A DNA stretch of 64,000 nucleotides from positions 101,252-165,251 of the forward strand of contig CBDBDZ010000014.1 in the NCBI GenBank assembly GCA_965204215.1. The letters are read 5' to 3'. This DNA is from Pseudomonadales bacterium (lineage in GTDB: Bacteria; Pseudomonadota; Gammaproteobacteria; Pseudomonadales; GM7GCV1). Shown piece by piece: positions 1 through 9,738 of this stretch. A program made the translations under genes and the position numbers. The number at the start of each line of letters is the position of its first letter. The stretch's first letter is position 1. The notes beneath the pieces were generated by a model. The model was not told the DNA's origin and did not search any database. It was given only the letters and a program-made list of their open reading frames with translations.

Positions 1-185
1 ACATAGCCTTGCTCTAAAATGCGAACTTTGGCGCGAGCCTCGTCAATAGCAACAACGTCACCAATGATGCGACCTTCAATTTCTAATTCTCCTGAAAAAT
101 TTACAGTACCAATAAATTCAGTATTACGGGCAATTAATGTTGTAGCATCACCCATGGTTTTTTCTACGATGTTTTTCTTGATCAT
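1..185 (-). CDS. bactofilin-family cytoskeletal protein, N-terminal part only (gene runs off the left edge)
   Basis: Minus-strand ATG at 185-183. My translation is MIKKNIVEKTMGDATTLIARNTEFIGTVNFSGELEIEGRIIGDVVAIDEARAKVRILEQGY, which shows the short beta-helix repeat pattern of bactofilins. The listed + ORF 19..201 is its antisense shadow. Confidence 0.55.
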   Translation of the reverse strand, partial: MIKKNIVEKTMGDATTLIARNTEFIGTVNFSGELEIEGRIIGDVVAIDEARAKVRILEQGY

Positions 186-308
186 AATATCAACAATTTA
201 AAATAGACTTTAATGGATAGCATTTTTGTTAGCGAGTCGAACATAATAACACACCTTAACCGCTATCAAAAAAATTTTAGAACTGAAGTGTGTTAAATAG
301 CAACAGAT

Positions 309-1097
309 TTAAGTATTTTGTGGTGTACAACTGCCAGTTTGAGGGTCAATAAGTATTGAGCTCCAACGATATTTTTCAATAATTAGACCTTGAATACTAG
401 TCCCGTCTATAAAAACTTTTAATACTCTAGGGTTAAAAGTGTCAGGTAGAGCAAAATACAAATCGTTATGTTGAAAATAATAAAAGTCTAATGGTTTAAA
501 AGGGTCTTCAAAAAGGTCTTTATGTTCAATGGTTACTTTTTTGTTATTATCATAACCCTCAATGGCGATAGACATCTTGCCGATAAAGCGCTCTTTACTT
601 AATGTATATTGGACCACAGAGCTTTTTAAAATAAAAAAGTTTTCATTTGGAACTTCAATATTTTTGTCTGTGTCGGTATATATTTGCGCGCGCTCCACAA
701 CAATACTTCTCGCCCCTGTTCCTGTGGCAATCACTTCGCGGTAGCGGTTGATACTTTCGCTTAACCCTTCATAATTTTTTCGCCACTCCAGTATATCCAA
801 ACGCAAAGATTCGATGGTTTCTTTTGAAATATCTAACTGGGTTTGAGCTTGATTAAGCTGGTTAGTCGTTTTGCGCAAATCTTCGTCCAGGGATTCGGAT
901 AAATCAAATAATTGCTGTTGTTCGGCCAATTGTTTACCTTTATTGATATTACCAACGACTTCGCCGATAAAAAAACTGATGGTTGGAAAAATGATTAACA
1001 GTAGTGCAACGCATATTCTAATCAGTGTTCGGTGTAGCGGGATATAGCGTTGAACTTCTGCTGATTCGGTTTTTGAAAAAAATTGTTTGATATCCAT
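309..1097 (-). CDS. hypothetical membrane-anchored coiled-coil protein
   Basis: 262-aa ORF. It has an N-terminal hydrophobic segment (RICVALLLIIFPTISFFIG) followed by a Q/E/L-rich coiled coil. I could not assign a family with certainty. Confidence 0.7.
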   Translation of the reverse strand: MDIKQFFSKTESAEVQRYIPLHRTLIRICVALLLIIFPTISFFIGEVVGNINKGKQLAEQQQLFDLSESLDEDLRKTTNQLNQAQTQLDISKETIESLRLDILEWRKNYEGLSESINRYREVIATGTGARSIVVERAQIYTDTDKNIEVPNENFFILKSSVVQYTLSKERFIGKMSIAIEGYDNNKKVTIEHKDLFEDPFKPLDFYYFQHNDLYFALPDTFNPRVLKVFIDGTSIQGLIIEKYRWSSILIDPQTGSCTPQNT

Positions 1098-1103
1098 AAC
1101 CGT

Positions 1104-2147
1104 TTAAGGAATGAGAGCGGGCTGATTTAACCCCTGTGTTTCAACGCGGCTGTACATAATGTTCATGCACTGTATAGCTTGTCCTGCAGCACCTTTACAC
1201 AAATTATCTTCTGCGGTAAATACTGTTAATAAATCGGGGCGGGAACAAAATACAGAAATTAAGCATTGATTAGTGCCGCGAACAAATCGGGTTTGTGGTA
1301 GCTCTCCTTGCGGAAGTACAGTTACAAAAGGTTCATTGCTGTAATGTGCTTCATATAATGCCTGTATTTCTGCAGTTGTACAGGGTTTGCTAAGTTTTAC
1401 ATATAGCGTACTGAGTATGCCGCGAATATTGGGAAGCAGATGGGGGGTAAAGGTTAAAGAGACGTTCAGATTAGCAATATCAGATAACACTTCTTCAATT
1501 TCAGGTTTATGGCGGTGGTTATCAATACCATAGGGTTTAAAGTTTTCTGACATTTCCGCCAGTAAATTATTGACCGAAGCGCTTCTGCCTGCGCCACTTA
1601 TACCCGATGTACAGTTGGCGATAAGAGTGGAAACATCGGCGTGCTGGGTAGATAAAATCGGCAGTAAACCAAGAATGACAGAAGTTGGATAACAACCGGG
1701 ACAAGCGACTAACCGTGCATTTTGAATGGTTTGTCGATTTAATTCAGGCAAACCATAAACAGATTGCCCAATTAATTCAGGAGCTTTGTGCAATTGTTGA
1801 TAATATTGTTCCCAGACCGATTGATTTTTGAGCCGAAAATCTGCCGATAAATCAATAATTTTAATGTGGTCATAGCGCCAAATGATTGAAACGTAATTTT
1901 GAGCTACGCCATGAGGTGTAGCAAAAAATACACAATCAACGTGATTGAAGTCTATTTGTTCAAATTCACAAAAATTCAAGTGGTAATAATTGCGAAGCTG
2001 GGGATGAACACTGCCAAGCGGCTTACCTGCTTCGGTTCTGGAGCTGACATAGCACAACTCGACAGAGCTTTGTAGTGCCAATAACCGCAACAGTTCAGCG
2101 CCTGTATAACCTGTGCTGCCAATAACGGCCACTTTTATATTATTCAC
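1104..2147 (-). CDS. argC: N-acetyl-gamma-glutamyl-phosphate reductase
   Basis: 347 aa with a GTG start. It has the Rossmann motif VAVIGSTGYTGAELLRLL and the active-site region VACPGCYPTS. Confidence 0.9.
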   Translation of the reverse strand: MNNIKVAVIGSTGYTGAELLRLLALQSSVELCYVSSRTEAGKPLGSVHPQLRNYYHLNFCEFEQIDFNHVDCVFFATPHGVAQNYVSIIWRYDHIKIIDLSADFRLKNQSVWEQYYQQLHKAPELIGQSVYGLPELNRQTIQNARLVACPGCYPTSVILGLLPILSTQHADVSTLIANCTSGISGAGRSASVNNLLAEMSENFKPYGIDNHRHKPEIEEVLSDIANLNVSLTFTPHLLPNIRGILSTLYVKLSKPCTTAEIQALYEAHYSNEPFVTVLPQGELPQTRFVRGTNQCLISVFCSRPDLLTVFTAEDNLCKGAAGQAIQCMNIMYSRVETQGLNQPALIP

Positions 2148-3658
2148 GAGTTGGATTTTACCATAGCAACAGCGCGAAACATGGCGCTGGCTTTGTTAAT
2201 GGTTTCCTGCCATTCACTGGCAGGGTCGGAATCAGCCACTACGCCGCCGCCGGCTTGAACAAAAAGTCGTTTGTCTTTAAGCAGGGCAGTGCGAATGGCA
2301 ATTGCCATATCCATTTCATTGGTTCCGTTTTGTGACCAGCCAATATAGCCGACAGTCCCTGCATAAAAAGCCCGTTTTTCTTGCTCAAATTCATCAATAA
2401 TTTCCATGGCCCTGACCTTGGGTGCTCCGCTTAAAGTTCCAGCAGGATGGGTAGCGCGAATTACATCAATGGCAGAGATTTGGGGAAGAAGTTGACCTTC
2501 AACATTAGAGGCAATATGCATAACATGTGAATAATATTCAACATTCATTTGATCGGTTACCACTACTGAGCCCGTCTGAGAAATTTTACCAATATCGTTG
2601 CGTCCTAAATCTATTAACATTAAGTGCTCGGCAATTTCTTTGGCATCGGCAAGTAATTCCTGTTCCAATAATTTATCTTGCTCTGCATCGCAACCGCGTT
2701 TTCGAGTACCCGCAAGAGGTCTGACGGTAACGGTTGAATCTTTAATGCGCGCTAAAATTTCAGGGGAAGAGCCAATGATGTTAAATTCACCGCAATTGAG
2801 TAAATACATATAGGGCGAAGGGTTTAAAAAACGCAGAGCCCTGTATAAATCAAGAGCTGACTCCTTGTACTCAATACTCAAACGCTGTGAAGGTACAACT
2901 TGCATAACATCGCCAGCGTGAATGTAGTCTTTTATTGTTTCCACCATGCGCATGTAGGCTTCGCGCCCGGTATTGGAGGTAAAATCTTGGTTGATACTTT
3001 GTGTGGTTTGATATTCTGTGTTTAAATGTAAATCGTTTAACTGGCAAATGCTGGTTTTCAGCTGTTGTTGTAAGCTTTGTAACCGTGTTACCCCTGCATT
3101 GTAGGAGGCTTCCCTGGCATCGGCATCAATATGGGTAATTAACAGCAAGGTGCCGGAAACGGTGTCAAAAATTACTAATTCATCGGCACGCATTAACAAA
3201 ATGTCGGGGATATGGAGGTTGTCAGTTGTTTGAGTTTTTAACAACCGGGGTTCGACATAGCGCACCGTATCATAGCCGAAGTAACCAACAAACCCACCAT
3301 AAAATCGTGGGAGGTTGTTTTGCTGTGGTACTTTAATTTGTTTGATAACATTGTCAATATAGTCTAAAGGGTCGGAAATATCGCCATTGCAGATGGTGTT
3401 CGAACCAGCTGTATGCTCTATATGGAACTGGTGGACTTTAATTATTTCACGACATTGTAAGCCGATAATGGAATAGCGTCCCCAACGCTCGCCACCTTCT
3501 ATAGATTCAAATAAAAAACTAAAAGAGTCATTCGAAAGCTTATAGTAGGCACTGAGTGGTGTTTCTGTATCTGCCAGTACTTCAACGGATAGCGGCACTT
3601 TATCGTAGTTGGCGCATAACTGCTGATATTCAGAAAAACTGATAGGGGTTACAGGCAT
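2144..3658 (-). CDS. trpE: anthranilate synthase component I
   Basis: 504 aa with TrpE hallmarks: LFESIEGGERWGRYSIIG, MQVVPSQRLS, LMLIDLGRNDIGK and HPAGTLSGAPKVRAMEII. Its stop overlaps the argC start by 4 nt. Confidence 0.92.
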   Translation of the reverse strand: MPVTPISFSEYQQLCANYDKVPLSVEVLADTETPLSAYYKLSNDSFSFLFESIEGGERWGRYSIIGLQCREIIKVHQFHIEHTAGSNTICNGDISDPLDYIDNVIKQIKVPQQNNLPRFYGGFVGYFGYDTVRYVEPRLLKTQTTDNLHIPDILLMRADELVIFDTVSGTLLLITHIDADAREASYNAGVTRLQSLQQQLKTSICQLNDLHLNTEYQTTQSINQDFTSNTGREAYMRMVETIKDYIHAGDVMQVVPSQRLSIEYKESALDLYRALRFLNPSPYMYLLNCGEFNIIGSSPEILARIKDSTVTVRPLAGTRKRGCDAEQDKLLEQELLADAKEIAEHLMLIDLGRNDIGKISQTGSVVVTDQMNVEYYSHVMHIASNVEGQLLPQISAIDVIRATHPAGTLSGAPKVRAMEIIDEFEQEKRAFYAGTVGYIGWSQNGTNEMDMAIAIRTALLKDKRLFVQAGGGVVADSDPASEWQETINKASAMFRAVAMVKSNS

Positions 3659-3662
3659 TGCT

Positions 3663-4049
3663 TTAATTCAAGTGCATAGTGCCGTCAACTTCAAATTGAG
3701 CGCCTTTGGGAAGTCCTTTAACTTCAACTGCAACTCTGGCTGGCATTGGGTCGTTAAAGTATTCCGACATAATGCTGTTGACCAACGCAAAATGACTTAA
3801 ATCTAGCATGAAAATAGTCAATTTGACAAAGTTGCTGGAAGTACCGCCAGCCGCTTTACAAATGGCAATGAGGTTTTTAAAGGCTTGATGAATTTGTAGT
3901 TCGATATCATCGCTTACCAATTCCATGGTGGCGGGGTCGAGCGGTATTTGTCCTGAAATATAAACCGTAGAGCCGTTGTTGGGAACCTGTACAGCTTGTG
4001 AGTAAGAGCCAATTGCAGCAGGTGCTGATGATGTGTGGATAATATTCAT
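3663..4049 (-). CDS. RidA/YjgF family reactive-intermediate deaminase
   Basis: 128 aa with the YjgF/UK114 pattern (APAAIGSYSQAV ... PARVAVEVKGLPKGAQFEV). Confidence 0.85.
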   Translation of the reverse strand: MNIIHTSSAPAAIGSYSQAVQVPNNGSTVYISGQIPLDPATMELVSDDIELQIHQAFKNLIAICKAAGGTSSNFVKLTIFMLDLSHFALVNSIMSEYFNDPMPARVAVEVKGLPKGAQFEVDGTMHLN

Positions 4050-4083
4050 AATTTGAATTGATTATTAAAAGTAATTTTCAAGA

Positions 4084-6219
4084 TTAATCGCGTCTGCGTT
4101 TAACATTGTGAACAAATTTGAACACACGAATTTTTTTCATAACGCGAGCTAAATGAACACGATTTTGTACTAATAATGATAGTTTAATCAATGCAATATC
4201 ATTACCGCGCTCAATTAAGTTGATATTTTCTACACCAGCATTGTTTTCGGCTGTTTTATTGGCGAGTAGACCCATAACACCGCGAAACGCTTCAACCTCT
4301 ACGGTAATTTCTGTTTTAAATTCACTATTTATGCCAGCAGCCCAGGAAACAGGCAAACAAACTTCGGGGTTGTCGATATCTTGCCTGATATTTTTGCATT
4401 TATGGCGGTGAATTACCATTCCACGCCCGGAGGTAAAATGGCTATAGATAGGGTCACCGGGAATGGGGTTGCAACAAATAGCGTAATTTAGCAGTTGCCA
4501 GTTGGTATCATCAATAACGAGAGGAATATGTTTTTTTTGGGTGAGCTCTGCCATTGCCTGCTTACCTAAAATCAAACTGGCTATAGCAAAAGCCGGGGTT
4601 TTGCCAAGACCAATTTGTTGCAGTAATACATCCAGGTTTTTGTGCCTGGTTTCAGTTAATATGTGATTAATCTGGTTGGGTGACAATTGATCTATAGCGG
4701 TGTTATCTTCAACCAACAGCTGATTCAGCATCTGCTGTCCTAATTTAATCGCATCTTTTGAATGTTGATGTTTCAGATAATTTAATATTGTACTTCGCGC
4801 TTTGGAAGAAACAGCATAATCAAGCCATGCCAGACTGGGTTTGCCGCGTTTGTCGGTAATAATTTCCACGACTTGACCGTTTTCTAAAGGTTCGGAAAGA
4901 GGGGCAAGGCGTTCATTCAACCTGCAGCCTACACAACTATTGCCGACATCGGTGTGAATACTGTAGGCAAAATCAAGTGCTGTAGCGCGTTGCGGTAATG
5001 CTACAATGTCGCCTGTGGGGGTAAATACATAGACATCGCTTGGAAATAAATCGTTTTTTACATGTTCGACAAATTCAATCGCATTGCTCGAATTTTGCTG
5101 CATTTCCAAAAGGTCGGTAATCCACTGGCTGGCGCGAACAGGAATAGAGGCAAAAGAACTTTTACCTTTTTTGTATTCGGAGTGAGCGGCAATACCGTGG
5201 TCGGCAATGGCATCCATTTCAAAGGTGCGAATTTGAATTTCTACAGGTACTACTTTGTCGCTATGTGTTCCCATTACAATGGTGTGTAATGATTGGTATC
5301 CATTAACTTTGGGGACGGCGATGTAGTCTTTAAAAGCCCCTAGTAAAGGCTTGAAGATACTGTGCACAATACCTAATACACGGTAGCATTCATCAACGGT
5401 TTTCACAATAATTCGAAAGGCAAAAACGTCTTTCATATCTTTAAAAGACACTTTGCGATTGCGAATTTTTCGATAGATGCTGTATAAATGTTTTTCTCGC
5501 CCGATAACAATTACTTCAACCAATTCTTTTGAAATTCGGCGCTCGATAATATCTTGTATTTCTACTACCAGATCATTGCGGTTGCCTCGAATGCTTTCCA
5601 GGCTTTCCCGCAATTTGTGGCTGCGCAGTGGGTACAAATTACTAAAGCCTAAATCTTCTAATTCGATGCGCATGGCATTAATGCCAAGTCGTTGTGCAAT
5701 GGGGGCGTAAATTTCTAGGGTTTCTCGGGAAATGCGCTGTCTTTTTTCTTTGGGCATAACTCCTAAGGTACGCATGTTATGAATGCGGTCAGCTAATTTA
5801 ATCAGTATGACTCGCAGATCCCTGGACATGGCTAGTGCCATTTTTTGAAAATTAGCAGCTTGTTGCTCTTCGCGGCTTTGGCTGGAAAACTCCATTTGAT
5901 TGAGTTTACTGACGCCATCGACTAAACAGGCGACAGTCATACCAAATTTTCTGCTGATTTGCTCTTTGCTGACATTGCAATCTTCAATAACATCATGCAA
6001 CATTGCTGCACATAATGTGTAGTGGTCCATGTGGTAGTCTGCTAATATATTGGCGACAGCTACTGGGTGGGAGACATAAGGACCGCCGCTGCGGCGAGTT
6101 TGACCGAGATGAGCTTTGTCAGCAAAATTAAAAGCAGCAACAACCTTCTTAATTTGTGAAGGTTCTAAATAAGAGCTTAGTCGGCCACTGAGCTGATCGA
6201 CGGCCTGAAGGAGTGACAT
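4084..6219 (-). CDS. spoT: bifunctional (p)ppGpp synthetase/hydrolase
   Basis: 711 aa. It has an HD hydrolase region (HPVAVANIL ... MLHDVIEDC), a RelA/SpoT synthetase core, and TGS and ACT-like tails. It lies directly downstream of rpoZ, as in the conserved operon. Confidence 0.9.
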   Translation of the reverse strand: MSLLQAVDQLSGRLSSYLEPSQIKKVVAAFNFADKAHLGQTRRSGGPYVSHPVAVANILADYHMDHYTLCAAMLHDVIEDCNVSKEQISRKFGMTVACLVDGVSKLNQMEFSSQSREEQQAANFQKMALAMSRDLRVILIKLADRIHNMRTLGVMPKEKRQRISRETLEIYAPIAQRLGINAMRIELEDLGFSNLYPLRSHKLRESLESIRGNRNDLVVEIQDIIERRISKELVEVIVIGREKHLYSIYRKIRNRKVSFKDMKDVFAFRIIVKTVDECYRVLGIVHSIFKPLLGAFKDYIAVPKVNGYQSLHTIVMGTHSDKVVPVEIQIRTFEMDAIADHGIAAHSEYKKGKSSFASIPVRASQWITDLLEMQQNSSNAIEFVEHVKNDLFPSDVYVFTPTGDIVALPQRATALDFAYSIHTDVGNSCVGCRLNERLAPLSEPLENGQVVEIITDKRGKPSLAWLDYAVSSKARSTILNYLKHQHSKDAIKLGQQMLNQLLVEDNTAIDQLSPNQINHILTETRHKNLDVLLQQIGLGKTPAFAIASLILGKQAMAELTQKKHIPLVIDDTNWQLLNYAICCNPIPGDPIYSHFTSGRGMVIHRHKCKNIRQDIDNPEVCLPVSWAAGINSEFKTEITVEVEAFRGVMGLLANKTAENNAGVENINLIERGNDIALIKLSLLVQNRVHLARVMKKIRVFKFVHNVKRRRD

Positions 6220-6228
6220 GATGCCAAA

Positions 6229-6489
6229 TTATTCGTCGCCTTCTTCCTGATAGACAATAGGCGTTTCCTTGAAGAATGGCGCATCGGGTTCTTCTTCCAA
6301 AATACTTGCGTTGATTAAACCGTTTTCAATTTCGCGCAAGGCAATAACAGTTGGCTTATCGTTGCTGGCGTCAATCATTGGCTCTTTGTTTTGAATCATT
6401 AATTGGCGTGCGCGCTTACTGCTTACCATTATCAATTCAAAACGATTGGATACTTTGTCTAAACAGTCTTCAACAGTTACTCGTGCCAT
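6229..6489 (-). CDS. rpoZ: DNA-directed RNA polymerase subunit omega
   Basis: 86 aa. [30 protein letters not shown] is the canonical omega N-terminus. Confidence 0.92.
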   Translation of the reverse strand: MARVTVEDCLDKVSNRFELIMVSSKRARQLMIQNKEPMIDASNDKPTVIALREIENGLINASILEEEPDAPFFKETPIVYQEEGDE

Positions 6490-6649
6490 GGGAATAGGGT
6501 CAAATTTAAAGGGGTCAGTATTCTAACCAAAAACCCTGATGTTGTGAACTTAAATTGTTCAAATAGATGGAGAATGTACTTAAAATTATTGAACCTGGGT
6601 TATACATTAAACCCAAATTATGCATTAGAAATCTATTACACACAATAAT

Positions 6650-6718
6650 GACTTCAAAAACAGGCGCTTGCTCAAAAAATAATACTCATTATGGCTCTGT
6701 TATGCTTTTGCTTACTTT
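6650..6718 (+). repeat. 69-nt dispersed repeat, copy A (partner at 38755-38823)
   Basis: My ungapped hand alignment gives 54/69 identical positions to 38755-38823, in the same orientation. Both copies are intergenic. Confidence 0.7.
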
Positions 6719-6816
6719 ACCTTGTGCGAGTGTCAGCTCGGTCGCGAACCATTGAAATACGCAGGAGCGATATTTTATTGCCAGGTTAATATTGACATTT
6801 TTGCCTTGTATTTTCA

Positions 6817-7332
6817 TTACTTGTGACGTTGTGCAAAGCTCTCGAGTAGTACTTCCTTGGCATTATTTATCTGTGCCGACAGGTGATCGTTTCCACCGCG
6901 GTCAGGGTGTAATTTCTGCATTAACTTGCGGTGCGCATCAATAATTTCTTGTTTGGTAGCTCCAGGTTGCAGCCCTAAAGTTTTGTAAGCTTCAGAGGTT
7001 GTCATTTTCGGGGAGTGCGGTCGATTTTGCTTTTTGGAAAAAGCAGATCTACCAATATTCAAAAATTGTGCGACAATGGGAAAGTATCTGACGGCAACAA
7101 AAAACAAGCGTTTAAGTGCCAATAGTACAAAACCAATAACAGGTCCTAACCAGTGCAATTTGCCAGTTAATGCTAAAATAACCAAGAGAGCGAGAAAACC
7201 ACCGATGATGAGTTTGTTGATAAAAGGTCGCAATGCTCCTTGTTCTTTGGCTTTTGCCCATAAGCGGGAGATAATCACGAGGGCGATTAATATCGCAATA
7301 ATGAGAATAAACATGGCAGCATTGTAACTCAT
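6817..7332 (-). CDS. membrane protein with C-terminal DnaJ (J) domain
   Basis: I trimmed ORF 6817..7389 to the ATG at 7332 (MSYNAAMF...). It has hydrophobic N-terminal segments and a C-terminal J domain with the HPD motif (KLHPDRGGN). Confidence 0.7.
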   Translation of the reverse strand: MSYNAAMFILIIAILIALVIISRLWAKAKEQGALRPFINKLIIGGFLALLVILALTGKLHWLGPVIGFVLLALKRLFFVAVRYFPIVAQFLNIGRSAFSKKQNRPHSPKMTTSEAYKTLGLQPGATKQEIIDAHRKLMQKLHPDRGGNDHLSAQINNAKEVLLESFAQRHK

Positions 7333-8401
7333 GCAAATGTCAAAGTTTAGCAGTAAATTGCTGAAATGGTGGGATAAATATGGTCGCAAAGATATGCCGT
7401 GGCAACAAAATCCAACAGCATATAAAATTTGGGTGTCGGAAGTGATGTTACAGCAAACTCAGGTTGCGACAGTCATTCCGTATTTTCAGCGCTTTATGCA
7501 GCGCTTTCCTACAATAAAGCAACTGGCACAAAGTCATTTAGATGAGGTATTATTTTTGTGGACAGGGCTGGGATATTACAACAGAGCTAAAAATTTGCAT
7601 AAAACCGCTCGAATAGTGGTAGAAGTTTATCATTCGCAATTGCCTGCGGATATTCAGTTACTTGAAAAGCTTCCAGGTATTGGTTCTTCAACCGCTGGAG
7701 CTATTGCCGCTCAAGCCTATCACCAAAGGGCAGCAATATTAGACGGCAATGTTAAACGGGTGCTAAGCCGCGTCTATTGTGTGGAGGGCCAGGTTGGCGA
7801 TAGCAGGGTACAAAAACAATTGTGGAAGTATGCTAAACAATTAACGCCAGTTGAGCGAGTGCGAGATTATACACAAGCTATTATGGATTTAGGTGCAACG
7901 CTTTGTGGCAGAGGGTTGCCACAATGTGAGCAATGTCCTGTAAAATCACTGTGTAGAGCGTACCAACGTGGGTTGCAAAGTCAGTTTCCACAGCCGAAGC
8001 CCAAAAAACACTACCCAATAAGATATAGTGGTATGTTAATTGTCCGTTTTAGTAATAAAATACTATTGCGTAAAAACCCGCCTACAGGAATATGGAGTAA
8101 CTTATATAGCTTTCAACAGTTGCAATTAACAAAGCCAAAAATTTTTAGACAAGAGGTGAAAAAAGAACTGGCAAATATGGGAATTATGGATGTAAACCAT
8201 ATTGAAATACAGTCAGCAATGAGCCACAAATTTAGCCATTTTCAGTTAAATTACTTTCCTGTCATTATTGATATTGATAAAAAACCACAGCGAATTGAAG
8301 ACGATACATTAACCCTATGGTATGATTTAATGACTCCTCAAGCAGTTGGGTTGCCGCAACCAGTAGCAAATTTACTCAAGAAGTGTCAAGCTTTAACCTG
8401 A
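7331..8401 (+). CDS. mutY: A/G-specific adenine DNA glycosylase
   Basis: 356 aa. It has the HhH motif LPGIGSSTAGAI, an Fe-S cluster loop CGRGLPQCEQCPVKSLC (C-x6-C-x2-C-x5-C), and a NUDIX-like C-terminal domain. Confidence 0.9.
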   Translation: MQMSKFSSKLLKWWDKYGRKDMPWQQNPTAYKIWVSEVMLQQTQVATVIPYFQRFMQRFPTIKQLAQSHLDEVLFLWTGLGYYNRAKNLHKTARIVVEVYHSQLPADIQLLEKLPGIGSSTAGAIAAQAYHQRAAILDGNVKRVLSRVYCVEGQVGDSRVQKQLWKYAKQLTPVERVRDYTQAIMDLGATLCGRGLPQCEQCPVKSLCRAYQRGLQSQFPQPKPKKHYPIRYSGMLIVRFSNKILLRKNPPTGIWSNLYSFQQLQLTKPKIFRQEVKKELANMGIMDVNHIEIQSAMSHKFSHFQLNYFPVIIDIDKKPQRIEDDTLTLWYDLMTPQAVGLPQPVANLLKKCQALT

Positions 8402-8418
8402 CTCCTTTAACCCAGATT

Positions 8419-9738
8419 ATGCAAGCAATATTTAAAAGCTACGAAGAACATTTTAGAGCGTTAACAAACAGGCAAGAAGCTTTATTTGACCGCTATCAAT
8501 TTGATAGCATGATAATTTCCAGTGGACTGGCACAGTTACAATTTAGTGATGACATGGAGCATCCTTTTAAAGTTAATCCTTATTTTAAAGTATGGATACC
8601 ACTTGCAGAAAATCCTAACTGTTACTTGTTACTGCAGCGTGGACTAACCCCCAAATTGCTATATTATAAGCCCGTTGATTACTGGTCGTATTGGCCAAAT
8701 TTACCAAGTGAAAACTGGATAAACTATTTTGATTGTGTAAATATCGAAAGCGTTCAAGAAGTAAGTAAACATTTACCAACAAATAGTTCGCAGACAGTCT
8801 TTATTGGTGAACAACATACATTAGAGCCAAATTGGGGAATTGCGCAAATTAACCCACCGCAGATAATAGCTTACCTGGATTTTTACCGGGGTTGTAAAAG
8901 TGAGTACGAACAACTCTGTATAAAAGAAGCCAATCGCATTGGTGCTAGAGGGCATCAATACGCAAAACAAGCATTTTTGGAGGGAGCCAGCGAATTAGAA
9001 GTACATTATGCTTTCTTAAGAGGTTGCATAACATCTGAGCATCAATTACCTTATGACACTATTGTGGGTTTTGATCGACATGCTGCGGTTTTACATTATC
9101 ACCAAAAGGACAGTGAAAATAGAAATGCAAAAAGTATGCTGATTGATGCAGGAGCGCCGTACCGTGGATACGCTTCAGATATTACACGCACTTATAGCTT
9201 TGATGTTGAATTTACTCAATTGATAGAAATTTTTGATAAATTACAATTAGCCATTATTGATAACATTAAAATAGGTAAATGTTATGGTGAATTACACCAT
9301 CAGGCTCATCAAAAAATCTGCCAGTTTATGGTGGATTATGAATTTGTATCCTGTTCCCTGGAGCAATGCCTTGATTTCAAATTGTCAAAATGGTTTTTTC
9401 CGCATGGATTAGGGCATTTTTTAGGAGTACAAGTACATGATAAAGGCGGCTTTCTAGCAAATGATTTGGGCGATATACTCCCCAAATTAGCTGATTACCC
9501 TGCACTGCGTTTAAATAGAGTGATTGAAGCCAATCAAGTATTTACCATTGAACCAGGGTTTTATTTTATAGACTCGCTGTTAACAGAATTAAAACAAAGT
9601 CTTTATACCCGTCATATTAACTGGAAAGCAGTGGATTATTTTAAAGCCTTTGGAGGCATTCGTATTGAAGATAATGTATTAGTGACTTCAACGGGGACGG
9701 AAAATTTTACGCGAGATGCTTTAACAGCTGATTGTTAG
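8419..9738 (+). CDS. pepQ: Xaa-Pro dipeptidase (prolidase, M24B)
   Basis: The ORF opens at GTG 8383, but ATG 8419 (MQAIFKSYEEHF) lies just past the mutY stop. Supporting motifs are HPFKVNPYFKVWIPL, DAGAPYRGYASDITRT, HGLGHFLG, EPGFYF and RIEDNV. Confidence 0.85.
   Translation: MQAIFKSYEEHFRALTNRQEALFDRYQFDSMIISSGLAQLQFSDDMEHPFKVNPYFKVWIPLAENPNCYLLLQRGLTPKLLYYKPVDYWSYWPNLPSENWINYFDCVNIESVQEVSKHLPTNSSQTVFIGEQHTLEPNWGIAQINPPQIIAYLDFYRGCKSEYEQLCIKEANRIGARGHQYAKQAFLEGASELEVHYAFLRGCITSEHQLPYDTIVGFDRHAAVLHYHQKDSENRNAKSMLIDAGAPYRGYASDITRTYSFDVEFTQLIEIFDKLQLAIIDNIKIGKCYGELHHQAHQKICQFMVDYEFVSCSLEQCLDFKLSKWFFPHGLGHFLGVQVHDKGGFLANDLGDILPKLADYPALRLNRVIEANQVFTIEPGFYFIDSLLTELKQSLYTRHINWKAVDYFKAFGGIRIEDNVLVTSTGTENFTRDALTADC

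Noticed and set aside
19-201. 60-aa plus-strand ORF at the left edge
   Set aside because: It is antisense to a much more convincing bactofilin-like reading frame (185 to 1 on the minus strand). Its own sequence is low-complexity and has no start context.
3659-3662. trp leader or attenuator upstream of trpE
   Set aside because: Only 4 nt separate the ridA stop and the trpE start, so no leader peptide or terminator can fit.
6567-6755. ORFs 6567..6755 and 38624..38947 share a peptide (ACSKNN.H...), suggesting a small protein family
   Set aside because: The similarity is at the DNA level within a 69-nt intergenic repeat. Outside the repeat the two frames are unrelated, and neither has a credible start context. 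I treat it as a nucleotide repeat, not as coding sequence.
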